A stretch of 64,000 nt of DNA, taken from contig CAMVED010000001.1 of the NCBI GenBank assembly GCA_947166445.1, forward strand, positions 28,368 to 92,367, written 5' to 3'. This document shows, one piece after another, positions 53,037 to 63,829 of the stretch. The stretch is from an uncultured Mycoplasmatota bacterium. Lineage in GTDB: Bacteria; Bacillota_I; Bacilli_A; RF39; UBA660. The first letter of the stretch is position 1. Every line of letters begins with the position of its first letter. The position numbers were made by a program, and so were the translations under genes. The notes below the pieces were generated by a model. It had not been told where the DNA came from. It saw only the letters and a program-made list of their open reading frames with translations, and did no database searches.

Positions 53037-53600
53037 TTGGTGATAAAAATGAAAATAAGTGTTGGAATATCAATGAGACATGTTCATCTAACAGAAGAAG
53101 ATTATAAACTTTTATTTGATGAACCATTAACAGAAAAAAGTCCTTTAAATCAATATGGTCAGTTTGCTGCTAATCAACAAGTAACTATAAAAAGTGATGA
53201 TAGAGAAATAAAAAACGTTAGAATTATAGGACCTTTTAGGAGTTATACTCAAGTAGAAATATCAAGAACAGATGCGTACTATTTAAAACTAAATCCACCT
53301 GTTCGTAGTGCAGGAAATCTAATTGGTGCAGAAAAAATAACCATAATTGGCCCAAAAGGAGAAATTACAAGAGAATCTGCAATAGTTTCCGACAGACATA
53401 TTCATATAACAAAAGAAGACAGAGAAAAATATAATCTTTTAAAAGATGAATATGAAATAAAAGTAACAGGAGAAAAGTCAGGAATACTAGGTAACATAAA
53501 AATAAAAGAAGCACCAAGTTCTTATTTTGAATTGCATTTAGATTCAGATGATGCTAATGCCTTTGGTATAAAACAAGATGATGAAGTAGAAATTATTTAG
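53037..53600 (+). CDS. pduL: PduL-family phosphate propanoyl/acetyltransferase
   Basis: Two PduL repeats, GISMRHVHL and SDRHIHI. Confidence 0.7.
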   Translation: MVIKMKISVGISMRHVHLTEEDYKLLFDEPLTEKSPLNQYGQFAANQQVTIKSDDREIKNVRIIGPFRSYTQVEISRTDAYYLKLNPPVRSAGNLIGAEKITIIGPKGEITRESAIVSDRHIHITKEDREKYNLLKDEYEIKVTGEKSGILGNIKIKEAPSSYFELHLDSDDANAFGIKQDDEVEII

Positions 53601-53762
53601 TTTCTACTTTTTTTATTGCGATAATTCTCAATTTTATTTAGAACTTCCTCAGTTGGATTATCATATTCGTCAAAAGAAATACCAATTTCATTAAGCTCGT
53701 AATCGTTTAATAATCCAATATCATTCATAAGATAATATAAATATTCACGATTGATAGAGTTC

Positions 53763-55718
53763 TCAGTTTTTCTTAACATTTTTATCCTCCTTTACTATAT
53801 TAGGCTCAGTACCTTTTAAATAGTACAATATTTTTTTGTTTTCATTATTACTAACAACAGGATTACCAGTAATAGGGTTAACTAACATGCCAACTATATT
53901 TTTTGGAGTTTTATACCAAGTAGCATCTTTTTCCTTAAAATAAGCTTCCATACTAGTAATCCAAGAATTTTTATTTCCTGCTATTACTTCAGTCGGAATA
54001 TCAGAGCTGTCATCGTAACCAGCCCAAGAAGCAAAAACAATTTCTGGAGTATATCCAACTACCCAAGAATCAGTATCAGTACTACCAGTTTTAATAGCGT
54101 ATTTATGAGTAATGCTGCTTGCCATACTAAAACATGTTGGATAAGTATAATCGACTAAATTGACATCATAAGTACTAGTTAATAATTCGCTTATAAGAAA
54201 GGTTATATCGCTATCTAAAACAATTTCTTCCCTAGGTTCAACATATTCATATAAAATATTTCCCATCTTATCAACAACTTTAGTAATTAAATGAGGTTTA
54301 ACTTTCTTGCCACCATTTGCAAGTGATGAATAAGCAGCAGCAAGTTCATATATGCTGAGTTCGTAAGTTCCTAAAGCAAGCGAAGGAGATTTCTCCATTT
54401 TCGAAGTAACTCCGACCTTTCTTAAAGTATCATATAGTTCATCCTCTCCTAAAAACAAATGAGTTTTAACAGCAAAAATATTGTCAGAGTAAGCAATAGC
54501 AGATGCTAGAGAAATCTCTTTATTTGCATATATTCCTCCATAATTTTTAGGAGAATAAGTTTGTTTGTTATCAAAATAAAAGGTAGTAGGTTTACTAAAA
54601 AAAGTAGTACTAGGAGTAAAACCGTTTTCTAAAGCCCTATAATATAAAAAAGGCTTAACAGTAGAACCAGGCTGTCTATAAGAGTTGATGGCTCTATTAA
54701 ATTGACTATTACCATAATTTATACCTCCGATTAACCCAATAATACTACCATCTTTAGGATTCATCATTACCTTAGAAGTTTCCACTTTTTTGTTAACAGC
54801 ATTCTTTTCAAGCCCTTGCTCTAAAGCCTTTTGAGCATTTATATCAAGTGTAGTATATATCCTAATATTACCAGTATCCAAATAACTTTTTGGGATAGAA
54901 TTAATAGAATTAAGTTCAGCCATAACAGCATCGTTATAATAAATTAAAGACGACAATCCATTGCCAAAATCATCATTTTTAAAAACTAATTCTTGATTAT
55001 AAGCATCATTCATCTCTTTTTCATTAATATAACCATTATTATACATCCTGCTAAGCACTACTTTTTGTCGCTCTTTAGAAAGATTATAATTATCAACTGG
55101 AGAATAGTCAGAAGGACTATTAGGAATGCCTGCTAGAATAGAAGCTTCCGCTAAAGTTAGATCCTTAACCTCTTTATCAAAATAATATTTTGATGCATTG
55201 CTAATACCATACATACCATGACCATAATTTATCGTATTAAGATATCCTTCTAAAATTTCATCTTTAGTATAATGAACCTCTAGTTCATAAGTAAGCCACA
55301 TTTCTTTCCATTTTCTTTTCCATGACTGTTCAAAATCTAAAAACAAATTTTTAGCATATTGCTGAGTAATAGAAGAAGCACCTTGTCTAATGCTTTTAGA
55401 AGAAAGATTAACCATCATAGCCTTAGCGATTCTCGGAAAATCAAAACCAAAATGTCTATAAAAATTTTTATCTTCAACACTTATTGTAGCGTTTATAATA
55501 TTATCATTACAATTATCTAAACTAACCCAAGAATCATTACCATTGCCTTGAAATATCAAGTTTCCTTTATTATCAAAAACAGAAAAAGCGTTTGCAGTCT
55601 TAATATCGAGTTTCGGAGTTATAAAAGCATATAAAAAGCCTATCAAATTAAAAATTATAAAGCATCCAAACATTCCTAAAAAACCAAAAGACATAAATTT
55701 TATAATCTTTTTTTTCAT
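53763..55718 (-). CDS. Class A penicillin-binding protein (transglycosylase/transpeptidase)
   Basis: GT51 motifs EDKNFYRHFG and RQGASSITQQ. TPase motifs STVKP and KTGST. Probable start MKKKII with RBS AAAGGAG. The listed ORF extends to 55775. Confidence 0.9.
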   Translation of the reverse strand: MKKKIIKFMSFGFLGMFGCFIIFNLIGFLYAFITPKLDIKTANAFSVFDNKGNLIFQGNGNDSWVSLDNCNDNIINATISVEDKNFYRHFGFDFPRIAKAMMVNLSSKSIRQGASSITQQYAKNLFLDFEQSWKRKWKEMWLTYELEVHYTKDEILEGYLNTINYGHGMYGISNASKYYFDKEVKDLTLAEASILAGIPNSPSDYSPVDNYNLSKERQKVVLSRMYNNGYINEKEMNDAYNQELVFKNDDFGNGLSSLIYYNDAVMAELNSINSIPKSYLDTGNIRIYTTLDINAQKALEQGLEKNAVNKKVETSKVMMNPKDGSIIGLIGGINYGNSQFNRAINSYRQPGSTVKPFLYYRALENGFTPSTTFFSKPTTFYFDNKQTYSPKNYGGIYANKEISLASAIAYSDNIFAVKTHLFLGEDELYDTLRKVGVTSKMEKSPSLALGTYELSIYELAAAYSSLANGGKKVKPHLITKVVDKMGNILYEYVEPREEIVLDSDITFLISELLTSTYDVNLVDYTYPTCFSMASSITHKYAIKTGSTDTDSWVVGYTPEIVFASWAGYDDSSDIPTEVIAGNKNSWITSMEAYFKEKDATWYKTPKNIVGMLVNPITGNPVVSNNENKKILYYLKGTEPNIVKEDKNVKKN

Positions 55719-55816
55719 ATAAAGACTCCTTTTCAAAATTAGTATGAAAAAAATATAAAAAATTATGTGCAACACAGAAAAAATATGCTATAATCTGAAA
55801 TTGAAATGGTGATGCT

Positions 55817-56146
55817 ATGCAAAAGTTAAGAATAAAAATAGAAATAAATGAGCACATTATCGAAGGAATAGGAAAAATAGACAATGATGTCATTATACTA
55901 AAGACAAAAGAAGAACTTATAAAATATGATACAAAAAAAACTATATTATATAAAAAAAACAAAGACTTAATCATAACATTAGATTTTTTGAACAATAAAG
56001 TTTTTTATGAATTACCCAATGAAAGTAAAAAATTTAGCAATAATTTAGTAATATTTTCATTGACTAATAATCATAAACAAGTTATTATTAATTATCAGAT
56101 AGAGCAAGCAGAATTTTTACTTAAAATAAACTATGAAACAATATAA
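55817..56146 (+). CDS. Hypothetical protein (109 aa), possibly DUF1934-like
   Basis: Small ORF upstream of rpoE. Confidence 0.3.
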   Translation: MQKLRIKIEINEHIIEGIGKIDNDVIILKTKEELIKYDTKKTILYKKNKDLIITLDFLNNKVFYELPNESKKFSNNLVIFSLTNNHKQVIINYQIEQAEFLLKINYETI

Positions 56147-56191
56147 TAAATACTACATATAATGATTTAAAGAAAGGATGTAAAAATAAAT

Positions 56192-56626
56192 ATGGCAAAA
56201 AAATTAAAAAAAGAAGAATTAGAATTAATGTCTTATAACGATATTGCTCATATGCTATTAAAAGAAAAGCCAAAACAAATGACCCTTGACCTATTCAATA
56301 CTATAGTAGAAATGTTAGAATTACCAAAAAAGACAGTAGAAAATAAAATTGGAGAGTTTTATACAGCTTTAACCAACGATAAAAGGTTTATTCTTTTAGA
56401 AGATGGTCATTGGGATTTACAACAAAATCATAAAGTTAAGAACTTATCTGCAGAAGAAGATCTTGAAGATTTCGAGGAAGATCAAGAAGATTACGATGAT
56501 GAAGAAGCAGTAGAAAAAGAAGACGAAATGTTTGATAATGAAGAAAATGATGATGACATATCAGACATAACTGAAGAATATAAAAACTTAGTAATAGTAG
56601 ATGAAGAAGAATTAAACCAAGATTAA
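56192..56626 (+). CDS. rpoE: RNA polymerase delta subunit
   Basis: HARE-HTH N-domain (AHMLLKE..GEFYTALTNDKRF) plus a polyacidic D/E tail. Confidence 0.9.
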   Translation: MAKKLKKEELELMSYNDIAHMLLKEKPKQMTLDLFNTIVEMLELPKKTVENKIGEFYTALTNDKRFILLEDGHWDLQQNHKVKNLSAEEDLEDFEEDQEDYDDEEAVEKEDEMFDNEENDDDISDITEEYKNLVIVDEEELNQD

Positions 56627-56635
56627 GGTGATAAC

Positions 56636-57697
56636 ATGTTAGAGCGTTTAAAGGAAATAGAAAATAAATATGAAGAATTAGGAAATGAATTAACCAAACC
56701 TGAAACATTACAAAATGTAGAAATGCTTACTAAACTTTCTAAAGAACAAAGCAAACTAGAAGAAACAGTTACAACATATAGAAAATACAAAAATGTGTTA
56801 AGCAGTATAGAAGAAGATCAAGAACTTCTTAAAGATAGTGAATTGAAAGACATAGCAAAAGAAGAACTTCAATCCTTAGAATTAGAGAAAGAAAACTTAG
56901 AACAAAAACTAGAAGCACTTCTTCTTCCGAAAGATGAGAATGATGACAAGAACATTATAATGGAACTAAGAGGAGCAGCAGGAGGAGACGAAGCAAATAT
57001 TTTTGCTGGCGATCTTTTTAGAATGTATCAAAAATATGCAGAAAAACAAGGTTGGAAAGTAGAAATAGTGAACGCTGAAGAATCAGCCTCTGGGGGATTT
57101 TCCCAATTAGAATGCATTATAAAAGGTGATAATGTTTATTCAAAATTAAAATATGAAAGTGGTGCTCATAGAGTGCAAAGAATACCTACTACAGAATCAG
57201 GAGGTAGAATTCACACCTCAACTGCTACAGTGATAGTAATGCCAGAAGCTGAAGATATTGAAATAGAAGTAAAGCCAGAAGATATAAAGGTAGATGTTTA
57301 TAGAAGTGGGGGAGCAGGAGGACAATCTGTCAATACAACAGATTCAGCAGTAAGAATGACCCATATCCCAACAGGAATAGTAGTAACATGTCAAAATGAA
57401 AGAAGTCAGTTGCAAAACAAAGAAAAAGCTCTTCAAATATTAAAAGCAAAAATATATGAAGAAGAACAAAGAAAAAAAGAAGAAGCAGAAGGTACTGAAA
57501 GAAGAAGTAAAATAGGTACTGGTGATAGGTCAGAAAAAATAAGAACCTATAACTATCCTCAAAACAGAGTTACAGACCATAGAATAGGACTAACTCTTAA
57601 TAAGCTTGATAGAATAATTGAAGGAGAACTTGAAGAAGTAATTGAAGCCCTTATAGCAGAAGATCAAAAGAGGAAATTACAAGAAAATGAAAATTAA
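56636..57697 (+). CDS. prfA: Peptide chain release factor 1
   Basis: GGQ motif. RF1-type PxT (PTT). Length 353 aa. Followed by prmC. Confidence 0.93.
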   Translation: MLERLKEIENKYEELGNELTKPETLQNVEMLTKLSKEQSKLEETVTTYRKYKNVLSSIEEDQELLKDSELKDIAKEELQSLELEKENLEQKLEALLLPKDENDDKNIIMELRGAAGGDEANIFAGDLFRMYQKYAEKQGWKVEIVNAEESASGGFSQLECIIKGDNVYSKLKYESGAHRVQRIPTTESGGRIHTSTATVIVMPEAEDIEIEVKPEDIKVDVYRSGGAGGQSVNTTDSAVRMTHIPTGIVVTCQNERSQLQNKEKALQILKAKIYEEEQRKKEEAEGTERRSKIGTGDRSEKIRTYNYPQNRVTDHRIGLTLNKLDRIIEGELEEVIEALIAEDQKRKLQENEN

Positions 57698-58502
57698 AGA
57701 CATATTAAAAGAAGATATAAATAATGAACAAAAACTTGCCATAGAGCAAGTTTTAAATCTATCTAGACCTGAATTAATAGTAAACAAAGATAGAGAACTA
57801 ACAAAAAAAGAATATAAAAAATATCAAAATATCAATAAAAAACTAAAAAAAGGGCTTCCAATACAATATATATTAAAAAAAGAAAATTTCTATGGCCAAG
57901 ATTATTATGTAAATAAAAATGTACTAATACCTAGGCCAGAAACAGAATATTTGATAGAAAAAACTAATAAACTAATAAAAGAAAATTTAAAAAAAGAAGA
58001 CATTAACATTTTAGATATAGGAACAGGTTCTGGGGTAATAGCAATAACTTTAAAAAGATTAAATCCAAACTCAAATATAACAGCGACAGATATATCAAAA
58101 AAAGCATTAAAAGTTGCAAAAAAGAATGCAAAAACACATAACACAAAAATAAAACTAATAAAAACTAATCTATATCAAGGAATAAATCAAAAATATGATA
58201 TAGTTATAAGTAATCCACCATATATAGACAAAAACTCAAATAATATAGAATCAAAAGTGAAAAATAATGAGCCATATATATCCCTTTTTGCAGAAAATCA
58301 TGGTTTATATTATTATGAACAAATACTGAAAAACATTAATCAAATAATAAAAAAAGAACATGTAATAGCTTTTGAGATTGGAGAAAATCAAGGAAAAAAG
58401 ATCAAAAAAATAGCAATGAAGTACTTACCAAATGATGAAATAATAATAGAAAAAGATTACAATAAATTTGACAGATATATATTTATAATAGGAAACAAAT
58501 GA
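57687..58502 (+). CDS. prmC: Release factor glutamine N5-methyltransferase PrmC/HemK
   Basis: NPPY motif. DIGTGSG SAM-binding. Confidence 0.9.
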   Translation: MKIKDILKEDINNEQKLAIEQVLNLSRPELIVNKDRELTKKEYKKYQNINKKLKKGLPIQYILKKENFYGQDYYVNKNVLIPRPETEYLIEKTNKLIKENLKKEDINILDIGTGSGVIAITLKRLNPNSNITATDISKKALKVAKKNAKTHNTKIKLIKTNLYQGINQKYDIVISNPPYIDKNSNNIESKVKNNEPYISLFAENHGLYYYEQILKNINQIIKKEHVIAFEIGENQGKKIKKIAMKYLPNDEIIIEKDYNKFDRYIFIIGNK

Positions 58503-58537
58503 ATAAACAAAAGGAATAAGTATCATTACCTATATAG

Positions 58538-59080
58538 GTGATAAAAATGAAAAAACTTATTCCTTTTATTTTAGGAATCTTAATGCTTATAACAATATCA
58601 AACAGTTACAAAGAAAATTACTATATAATACCCGAGGAATCAATAAGAATAAGAATAATACCAAATAGTAATAGTGTTAAAGATCAATATTTAAAAAGAC
58701 AAGTAAAAACCAATTTAGAACTAGAATTAACAGAAGATTTAAAAGAATCAAAAACTATAGAAGCATCTAGAATTGTTATTAACAAGAATATAAATAAATA
58801 CAATAATGTTATAAAAACAGTATTAAAAAATGAAAATTCAAATCAAAAATACAGTATAGATTATGGTTATCATTATTTTCCAGAAAAACTATACAAAGGA
58901 GTAAAATATAAAGAAGGAGAGTATGAATCATTACTAGTAACACTAGGCAAAGGGGAAGGAGATAATTGGTGGTGTGTGCTATTCCCACCAATATGCTCTA
59001 TAGAAGAAGATAGTCAAAATAGTCAAAGAATTGAATATAGTTTTTATGTAAAGGAAATGTTTAAAAAATACTTAAAATAA
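58538..59080 (+). CDS. spoIIR: Stage II sporulation protein R
   Basis: C-terminal GEGDNWWCVLFPP is the SpoIIR signature. prmC-spoIIR synteny as in Bacillus. Confidence 0.85.
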   Translation: MIKMKKLIPFILGILMLITISNSYKENYYIIPEESIRIRIIPNSNSVKDQYLKRQVKTNLELELTEDLKESKTIEASRIVINKNINKYNNVIKTVLKNENSNQKYSIDYGYHYFPEKLYKGVKYKEGEYESLLVTLGKGEGDNWWCVLFPPICSIEEDSQNSQRIEYSFYVKEMFKKYLK

Positions 59081-59169
59081 CATTTCTTTTTTTATATTAA
59101 TAAAAAGATTGACATAAAAGGAAAAAAGTGCTATAATAATAGCCATCCAAAAAGAAGGGGGAATTTTTT

Positions 59170-61257
59170 ATGGATAAAAAATATTATATTAATAAAAACC
59201 TAGATGGAAAAATCAATTGGGTAGGTATTGATGAAGGAAGCAAATTTGATGTAGTAAAAATAACAAATGTAGATGACAAACCATTTTACGACTATCAATT
59301 GCATACAATTAATGTTAAAACCAATGGAGAATTTCTAGAAGCATTAGAAAAGAATGATGTAATAGAAGTTGGAAATTCACTTTTTGAAAGTGAAACAGTT
59401 TACAAAGTCAAAGAAGTTAAGACAGCAGACGAGCCAGTTAAAAAGAGTGTAATTAGCAAGAAGCTTGTAGCAATTGGAGTAGCAGCAGGATTTTTACTAG
59501 CTACTACGACTGTACTTGCACTTAATGAAAAAGCACAAGCACAAGCACAAGCTTGGTTTGATAAAAAATCAAATACCCAAACTGAATCAGCAGAAGAAGC
59601 AGATGAATCATTAGATTTAGAAAACAAAACAGTAAGTGAGCTAATCGAAATGTTAAACGATGAAGAACAAGAAGAAGCATTTCATAAAATAGTAAATACT
59701 CAAGATTATTTTAATGAACAAGCAGCTCCAACAGTAAAACAAGGAGATAAACAATTATACTTAAATTTTGATGAAACAACTGCTGCATATCTTTATGCAA
59801 ATGCCAAAGTATTAAGTTCTGATAAATTAGCAAGTTTCTTTGGAAAAAGTAAAATTATGGTTCTAAATGAAGAAACTGGAGAATATGAACAAATGGATAA
59901 AGATATAGTTTCTGCAAAATATTTATCATTCTGTTTAAACTTAAGCTATTATTATCAACTTGGTGCTACAGAAAAATCTGGAGTAGATGGATTGTTTGAA
60001 AATGAAAAAGAAGCAGAATTCTTTAGAGATTTCGAAGCAAAAATTCTTGAATATAATAGAACAAAAAGTCCAGAAAAAGCAGCAGAAATAAGAAAAGAGT
60101 TAGAAAACATTTTTATGAGTGGTAATGTAGATACATTAATGGATAAATATTCCGGAGCAGCTTCTATAATAGGAACTGCTATAGTACCACACTTATATTT
60201 AAATGGAGTTATAGATAAAGATATGTATAATTCATTAGTAGAAATTAATGAAACAATTACTTGTCAAAGTATCTATAGTCAAATAGAAAAAATAGTTAAT
60301 TGTAAAACAAAACTAAATGGAAAAGAAGAAATAATAGAAAAAATAGCAGAATTACAAAATTTAAAAACAAAAGATTTAGATAGAAATATATCTTTAGAAG
60401 AAGCTCTTGAAGGATACAGATATAGTGATCTAGACTTAAATGGTGCAGTTTTAACATCAACACCAGGGTTTACAAAGAAAAAAACAGTTACCAAACATTA
60501 TAGAAAAATTACAAAAGATAGAAATGAAGCAATTAGAAAAACTTCAAAAAAAGATGTTGAAGAAGCAGAAAAAGAAGCAAGAAAAAAAGCGGGAATAGAC
60601 GAAAAAAATCAAAATGAAAATGATTATTGGGATGGATATACAGCTGGTTATAACAAAGCATACGATAACGTATGGGGCGGAGGTTCTGGTAATGTATCAG
60701 TACCATCTGGATCTGCTAAATATGTTGAAGGATATAAGGCAGGAATTGCTGCAGGAAAACAAGCTGCAAAAGAAGACTTAAAAAAGGCAGAAGAAGCTAA
60801 GAAAAAACATAAACCTGAAAAAAAAGAAGAAGTTATTGAAGAAAACTATGTAGAAGAAAACAATAACAACAATAGTAATAGTAATAGTAATACAAATACA
60901 AATACTAACACTAACACTGATACAAATACAAATACTAACACTAACACTGATACAAATACAAATACAAATACTAATAGTAATAGTAATAATGATAATAATA
61001 ACAGCAACAGTAGTAATACAAATACTGATACAAATACAAATACAAATAATAGTAGCAGTTCTTCAAGTACACCATCATCTACACCACATGAAGAAATAGT
61101 TGAAGAAACATTTGTATATGAAGACAATTCAGTAAGTATGATTGGTGATTCATTAATAAAGAAAATAAAAAGTATTGTATCACATGAATCAAGAGATATA
61201 GAATTAATAGATTTAACTTTAGCAGAAAAAAATGCTAAAAAAAGAGTTAGAATTTAA
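59170..61257 (+). CDS. Hypothetical membrane protein (695 aa) with N/S/T-rich low-complexity tract
   Basis: N-domain, one TM helix at about residue 100, helical region, and (NT)n/(NS)n tract encoded by 30-bp direct repeats at 60900..61060. Confidence 0.4.
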   Translation: MDKKYYINKNLDGKINWVGIDEGSKFDVVKITNVDDKPFYDYQLHTINVKTNGEFLEALEKNDVIEVGNSLFESETVYKVKEVKTADEPVKKSVISKKLVAIGVAAGFLLATTTVLALNEKAQAQAQAWFDKKSNTQTESAEEADESLDLENKTVSELIEMLNDEEQEEAFHKIVNTQDYFNEQAAPTVKQGDKQLYLNFDETTAAYLYANAKVLSSDKLASFFGKSKIMVLNEETGEYEQMDKDIVSAKYLSFCLNLSYYYQLGATEKSGVDGLFENEKEAEFFRDFEAKILEYNRTKSPEKAAEIRKELENIFMSGNVDTLMDKYSGAASIIGTAIVPHLYLNGVIDKDMYNSLVEINETITCQSIYSQIEKIVNCKTKLNGKEEIIEKIAELQNLKTKDLDRNISLEEALEGYRYSDLDLNGAVLTSTPGFTKKKTVTKHYRKITKDRNEAIRKTSKKDVEEAEKEARKKAGIDEKNQNENDYWDGYTAGYNKAYDNVWGGGSGNVSVPSGSAKYVEGYKAGIAAGKQAAKEDLKKAEEAKKKHKPEKKEEVIEENYVEENNNNNSNSNSNTNTNTNTNTDTNTNTNTNTDTNTNTNTNSNSNNDNNNSNSSNTNTDTNTNTNNSSSSSSTPSSTPHEEIVEETFVYEDNSVSMIGDSLIKKIKSIVSHESRDIELIDLTLAEKNAKKRVRI

Positions 61258-61277
61258 CAAGTAAGGGGGTTTTTAAG

Positions 61278-63149
61278 ATGAATAATGAACAAAATTATCC
61301 TAATAATGTTGAATATCATTATAATTATGCTAATCCTAATGGATATTATGTATCAAATCAAATGCCATTAAGTTATCACATAAAAAGATTCTTAATTGGA
61401 CTTTTATTAGCATTTTTATTAATATTCTTACTAGTATGGTTATTTCCAACAAAAGCAGGATTAAAATCTACCATTAATGATAGTGTGTCTGATGCATTTG
61501 ATAAAACATTTGCAGAAAAACTAGAACCACTATATGACAGAATCTTTTCAGATAATATTAATACAATGAAGGAAGTAGCTACAGCATACTTCACAACTGA
61601 AAGATTACCAAAGGCAGAAGGACAAACAAAAAAACTAACATTAGGACAAATGTTAGATATGAAACTTCTTTTAAACATAAAAGATAAAAATGGTAAAATG
61701 TGTGACGAAGACAAATCTTATGTTGAAATCACAAAAATGGATAAAGAATACAAAATGAAAGTAAATTTATCTTGTGGTGATGAAGAAGATTATATAATCA
61801 CATATTTAGGATGTTATAACTATTGTTTAAATGATGTGTGTGAAAAGAAAACAACAACAGCAACAAAAACAACAATTGTTACAACTAAACCAACAACACC
61901 AATAAAAAGAGTAATTAAGAAAATAATAGTACCAACACCATCACCACAACCAAAGAAACACTACTGTGTAAAATATGATGGAAAATACTATGGTAAATAT
62001 GGAAAAGTAGTAACAAAATCTACATATCAAAAACAATGTGGTACACCACAACCAGAAAAACATTATTGTGTAAAATATAATGGAAAATACTATGGTAAAT
62101 ATGGAACAGTAGTAAGTAAAACCATATTTAAAAAACAATGTGGTACACCACAACCAGAAAAACATTATTGTGTAAAATATAATGGAAAATACTATGGTAA
62201 ATATGGAACAGTAGTAAGTAAAACAGTATTTAAAAAACAATGTAGCACACCACAACCAGAAAAACATTATTGTGAAATATATAATGGAAAATACTATGGT
62301 AAAGATGGTAATGTAGTTAATGAACAAACATATAAATCTGAATGTATTAATCCAGAAGTTGTATATAAATATTTATATGAAAAAATTGTAACTACAACAA
62401 CCCATCATGAAAAAGAGTATAGTGAATGGACAGATTGGTCAGCTAACATTGAATATAACCCAAATAATAATAATATTAATTGGGGAAAACATGAATATGA
62501 TTGGTATGAAAAAGTAGGTTATAAATTAACTAAGTATTATTCTTATGAAGAAGATACTAGTCAACCAATTTACAATACTTATTATGATAGATTACTTGGT
62601 TATAAAACTCAATATGCATGTGATGGTTACACATATTATATAGATACTACAACCAATACAACATATATTTCTACTAGTAATCCAGGATCAGGATGGTCAA
62701 AAAACAGTAGAGTAACATTATCATATTTACCTTCACAAAGTAGTACAAAAAGATATGTATATGTTGGTATGAACTATGATTATTGTGCAGAGACATGTAA
62801 TCTAAAACCATATTATATATTTGATGTGTATACAAGAAATCCTGGAACAGCAACAACAACACAAGTATCATCAAGCAAATCAACAGTATCTGCAGTATGT
62901 AGTAATGTTGTAACTAAACAAATTCCAATGTATGGAAAAAGAATGGAATTCGCAGGATATGTAACTAATAAAGTATTAAAAGAAAGAAGAACATATTATT
63001 ATCACAAAAAGACTCGTACTTTAATAAGAGATGAATATACAGATACAAAAACACAAAAATATGATGCATGGTCATTTAGTAAACATGATGAAGTATTACT
63101 TAATCAAGGTTATGAATATACAGGTATTTATAAAATAATAAATTACTAA
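61278..63149 (+). CDS. Hypothetical membrane protein (623 aa) with four tandem 35-aa Cys-pair repeats
   Basis: N-terminal TM helix. Repeats KHYCVKYNGKYYGKYGTVVSKTIFKKQCGTPQPE. Confidence 0.4.
   Translation: MNNEQNYPNNVEYHYNYANPNGYYVSNQMPLSYHIKRFLIGLLLAFLLIFLLVWLFPTKAGLKSTINDSVSDAFDKTFAEKLEPLYDRIFSDNINTMKEVATAYFTTERLPKAEGQTKKLTLGQMLDMKLLLNIKDKNGKMCDEDKSYVEITKMDKEYKMKVNLSCGDEEDYIITYLGCYNYCLNDVCEKKTTTATKTTIVTTKPTTPIKRVIKKIIVPTPSPQPKKHYCVKYDGKYYGKYGKVVTKSTYQKQCGTPQPEKHYCVKYNGKYYGKYGTVVSKTIFKKQCGTPQPEKHYCVKYNGKYYGKYGTVVSKTVFKKQCSTPQPEKHYCEIYNGKYYGKDGNVVNEQTYKSECINPEVVYKYLYEKIVTTTTHHEKEYSEWTDWSANIEYNPNNNNINWGKHEYDWYEKVGYKLTKYYSYEEDTSQPIYNTYYDRLLGYKTQYACDGYTYYIDTTTNTTYISTSNPGSGWSKNSRVTLSYLPSQSSTKRYVYVGMNYDYCAETCNLKPYYIFDVYTRNPGTATTTQVSSSKSTVSAVCSNVVTKQIPMYGKRMEFAGYVTNKVLKERRTYYYHKKTRTLIRDEYTDTKTQKYDAWSFSKHDEVLLNQGYEYTGIYKIINY
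61957..62376 (+). repeat. 4 x 105-bp tandem coding repeat
   Basis: The unit AAACATTATTGTGTAAAATATAATGGAAAATACTATGGTAAATATGG.. repeats head-to-tail. The middle copies are about 97% identical. Confidence 0.8.
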
Positions 63150-63216
63150 AAGCAAGGCTTCTGCCTTGCTTTTCTGTATGATAATATAATAAAATAAGTA
63201 TAAGGAGGAGATTGTT

Positions 63217-63708
63217 GTGGAAAAAATAAATTTATATATTGATTTTGATGGAGTAATATTAGACACAATAAGTCCATTATATGAAGATTATGAAAAACAA
63301 AAAATTACTAAAGACAAAAGAGATGAGTTTTATGCCAATTATCCATGGGAAACAATAATAGATGATAAATACATCATTAATGACGCAATTAATGATATAA
63401 AAGCAATAATCGATAGTAACAAATTTAACTTAGCTATTTTAACTCATGTTAACTCACTAAATGAAGCAATACTAAAAATAAAATATTTAAGAAAATACTA
63501 CAAAGACATTACAATAATACCTGTCCCAAAAGCCATATCAAAAACAAAAATGATACATACAAAAGATGCTATTTTAATAGATGATTATGCAGGTAACTTA
63601 AGAGAGTGGAGAGAAGAAGGCGGCATAGGAATCAGATTCAATCAAAAAGGCCATGATAAAGGTTTTAAAGTAATCAAAAACTTAAAAGAAGTAATTGACA
63701 TGTTTTAA
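63217..63708 (+). CDS. HAD-family 5'(3')-deoxyribonucleotidase-like protein
   Basis: HAD motif I DFDGVILDT. Length 163 aa. Confidence 0.55.
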   Translation: MEKINLYIDFDGVILDTISPLYEDYEKQKITKDKRDEFYANYPWETIIDDKYIINDAINDIKAIIDSNKFNLAILTHVNSLNEAILKIKYLRKYYKDITIIPVPKAISKTKMIHTKDAILIDDYAGNLREWREEGGIGIRFNQKGHDKGFKVIKNLKEVIDMF

Positions 63709-63829
63709 GTGAAATATACTTTGATTAATTGAAAAACACAATAAATAATGATACTATATAAGTACAAATATTAGTAACTAATAAATGCAATAGGCATATA
63801 TTACTATAGAAAAAATGTGAGGTTGAAGT

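Noticed and set aside
53597-53779. 60-aa - strand ORF between pduL and the PBP gene
   Set aside because: Short, overlaps the PBP 3' end and pduL stop, and has no recognisable features. Left uncalled.
60846-62327. - strand ORFs with poly-Leu/Val (60846..61127) and repeated FWLWC motifs (61941..62327)
   Set aside because: These are antisense translations of the coding (NT)n tract and of the 105-bp tandem repeats. The repeat structure belongs to the + strand genes.
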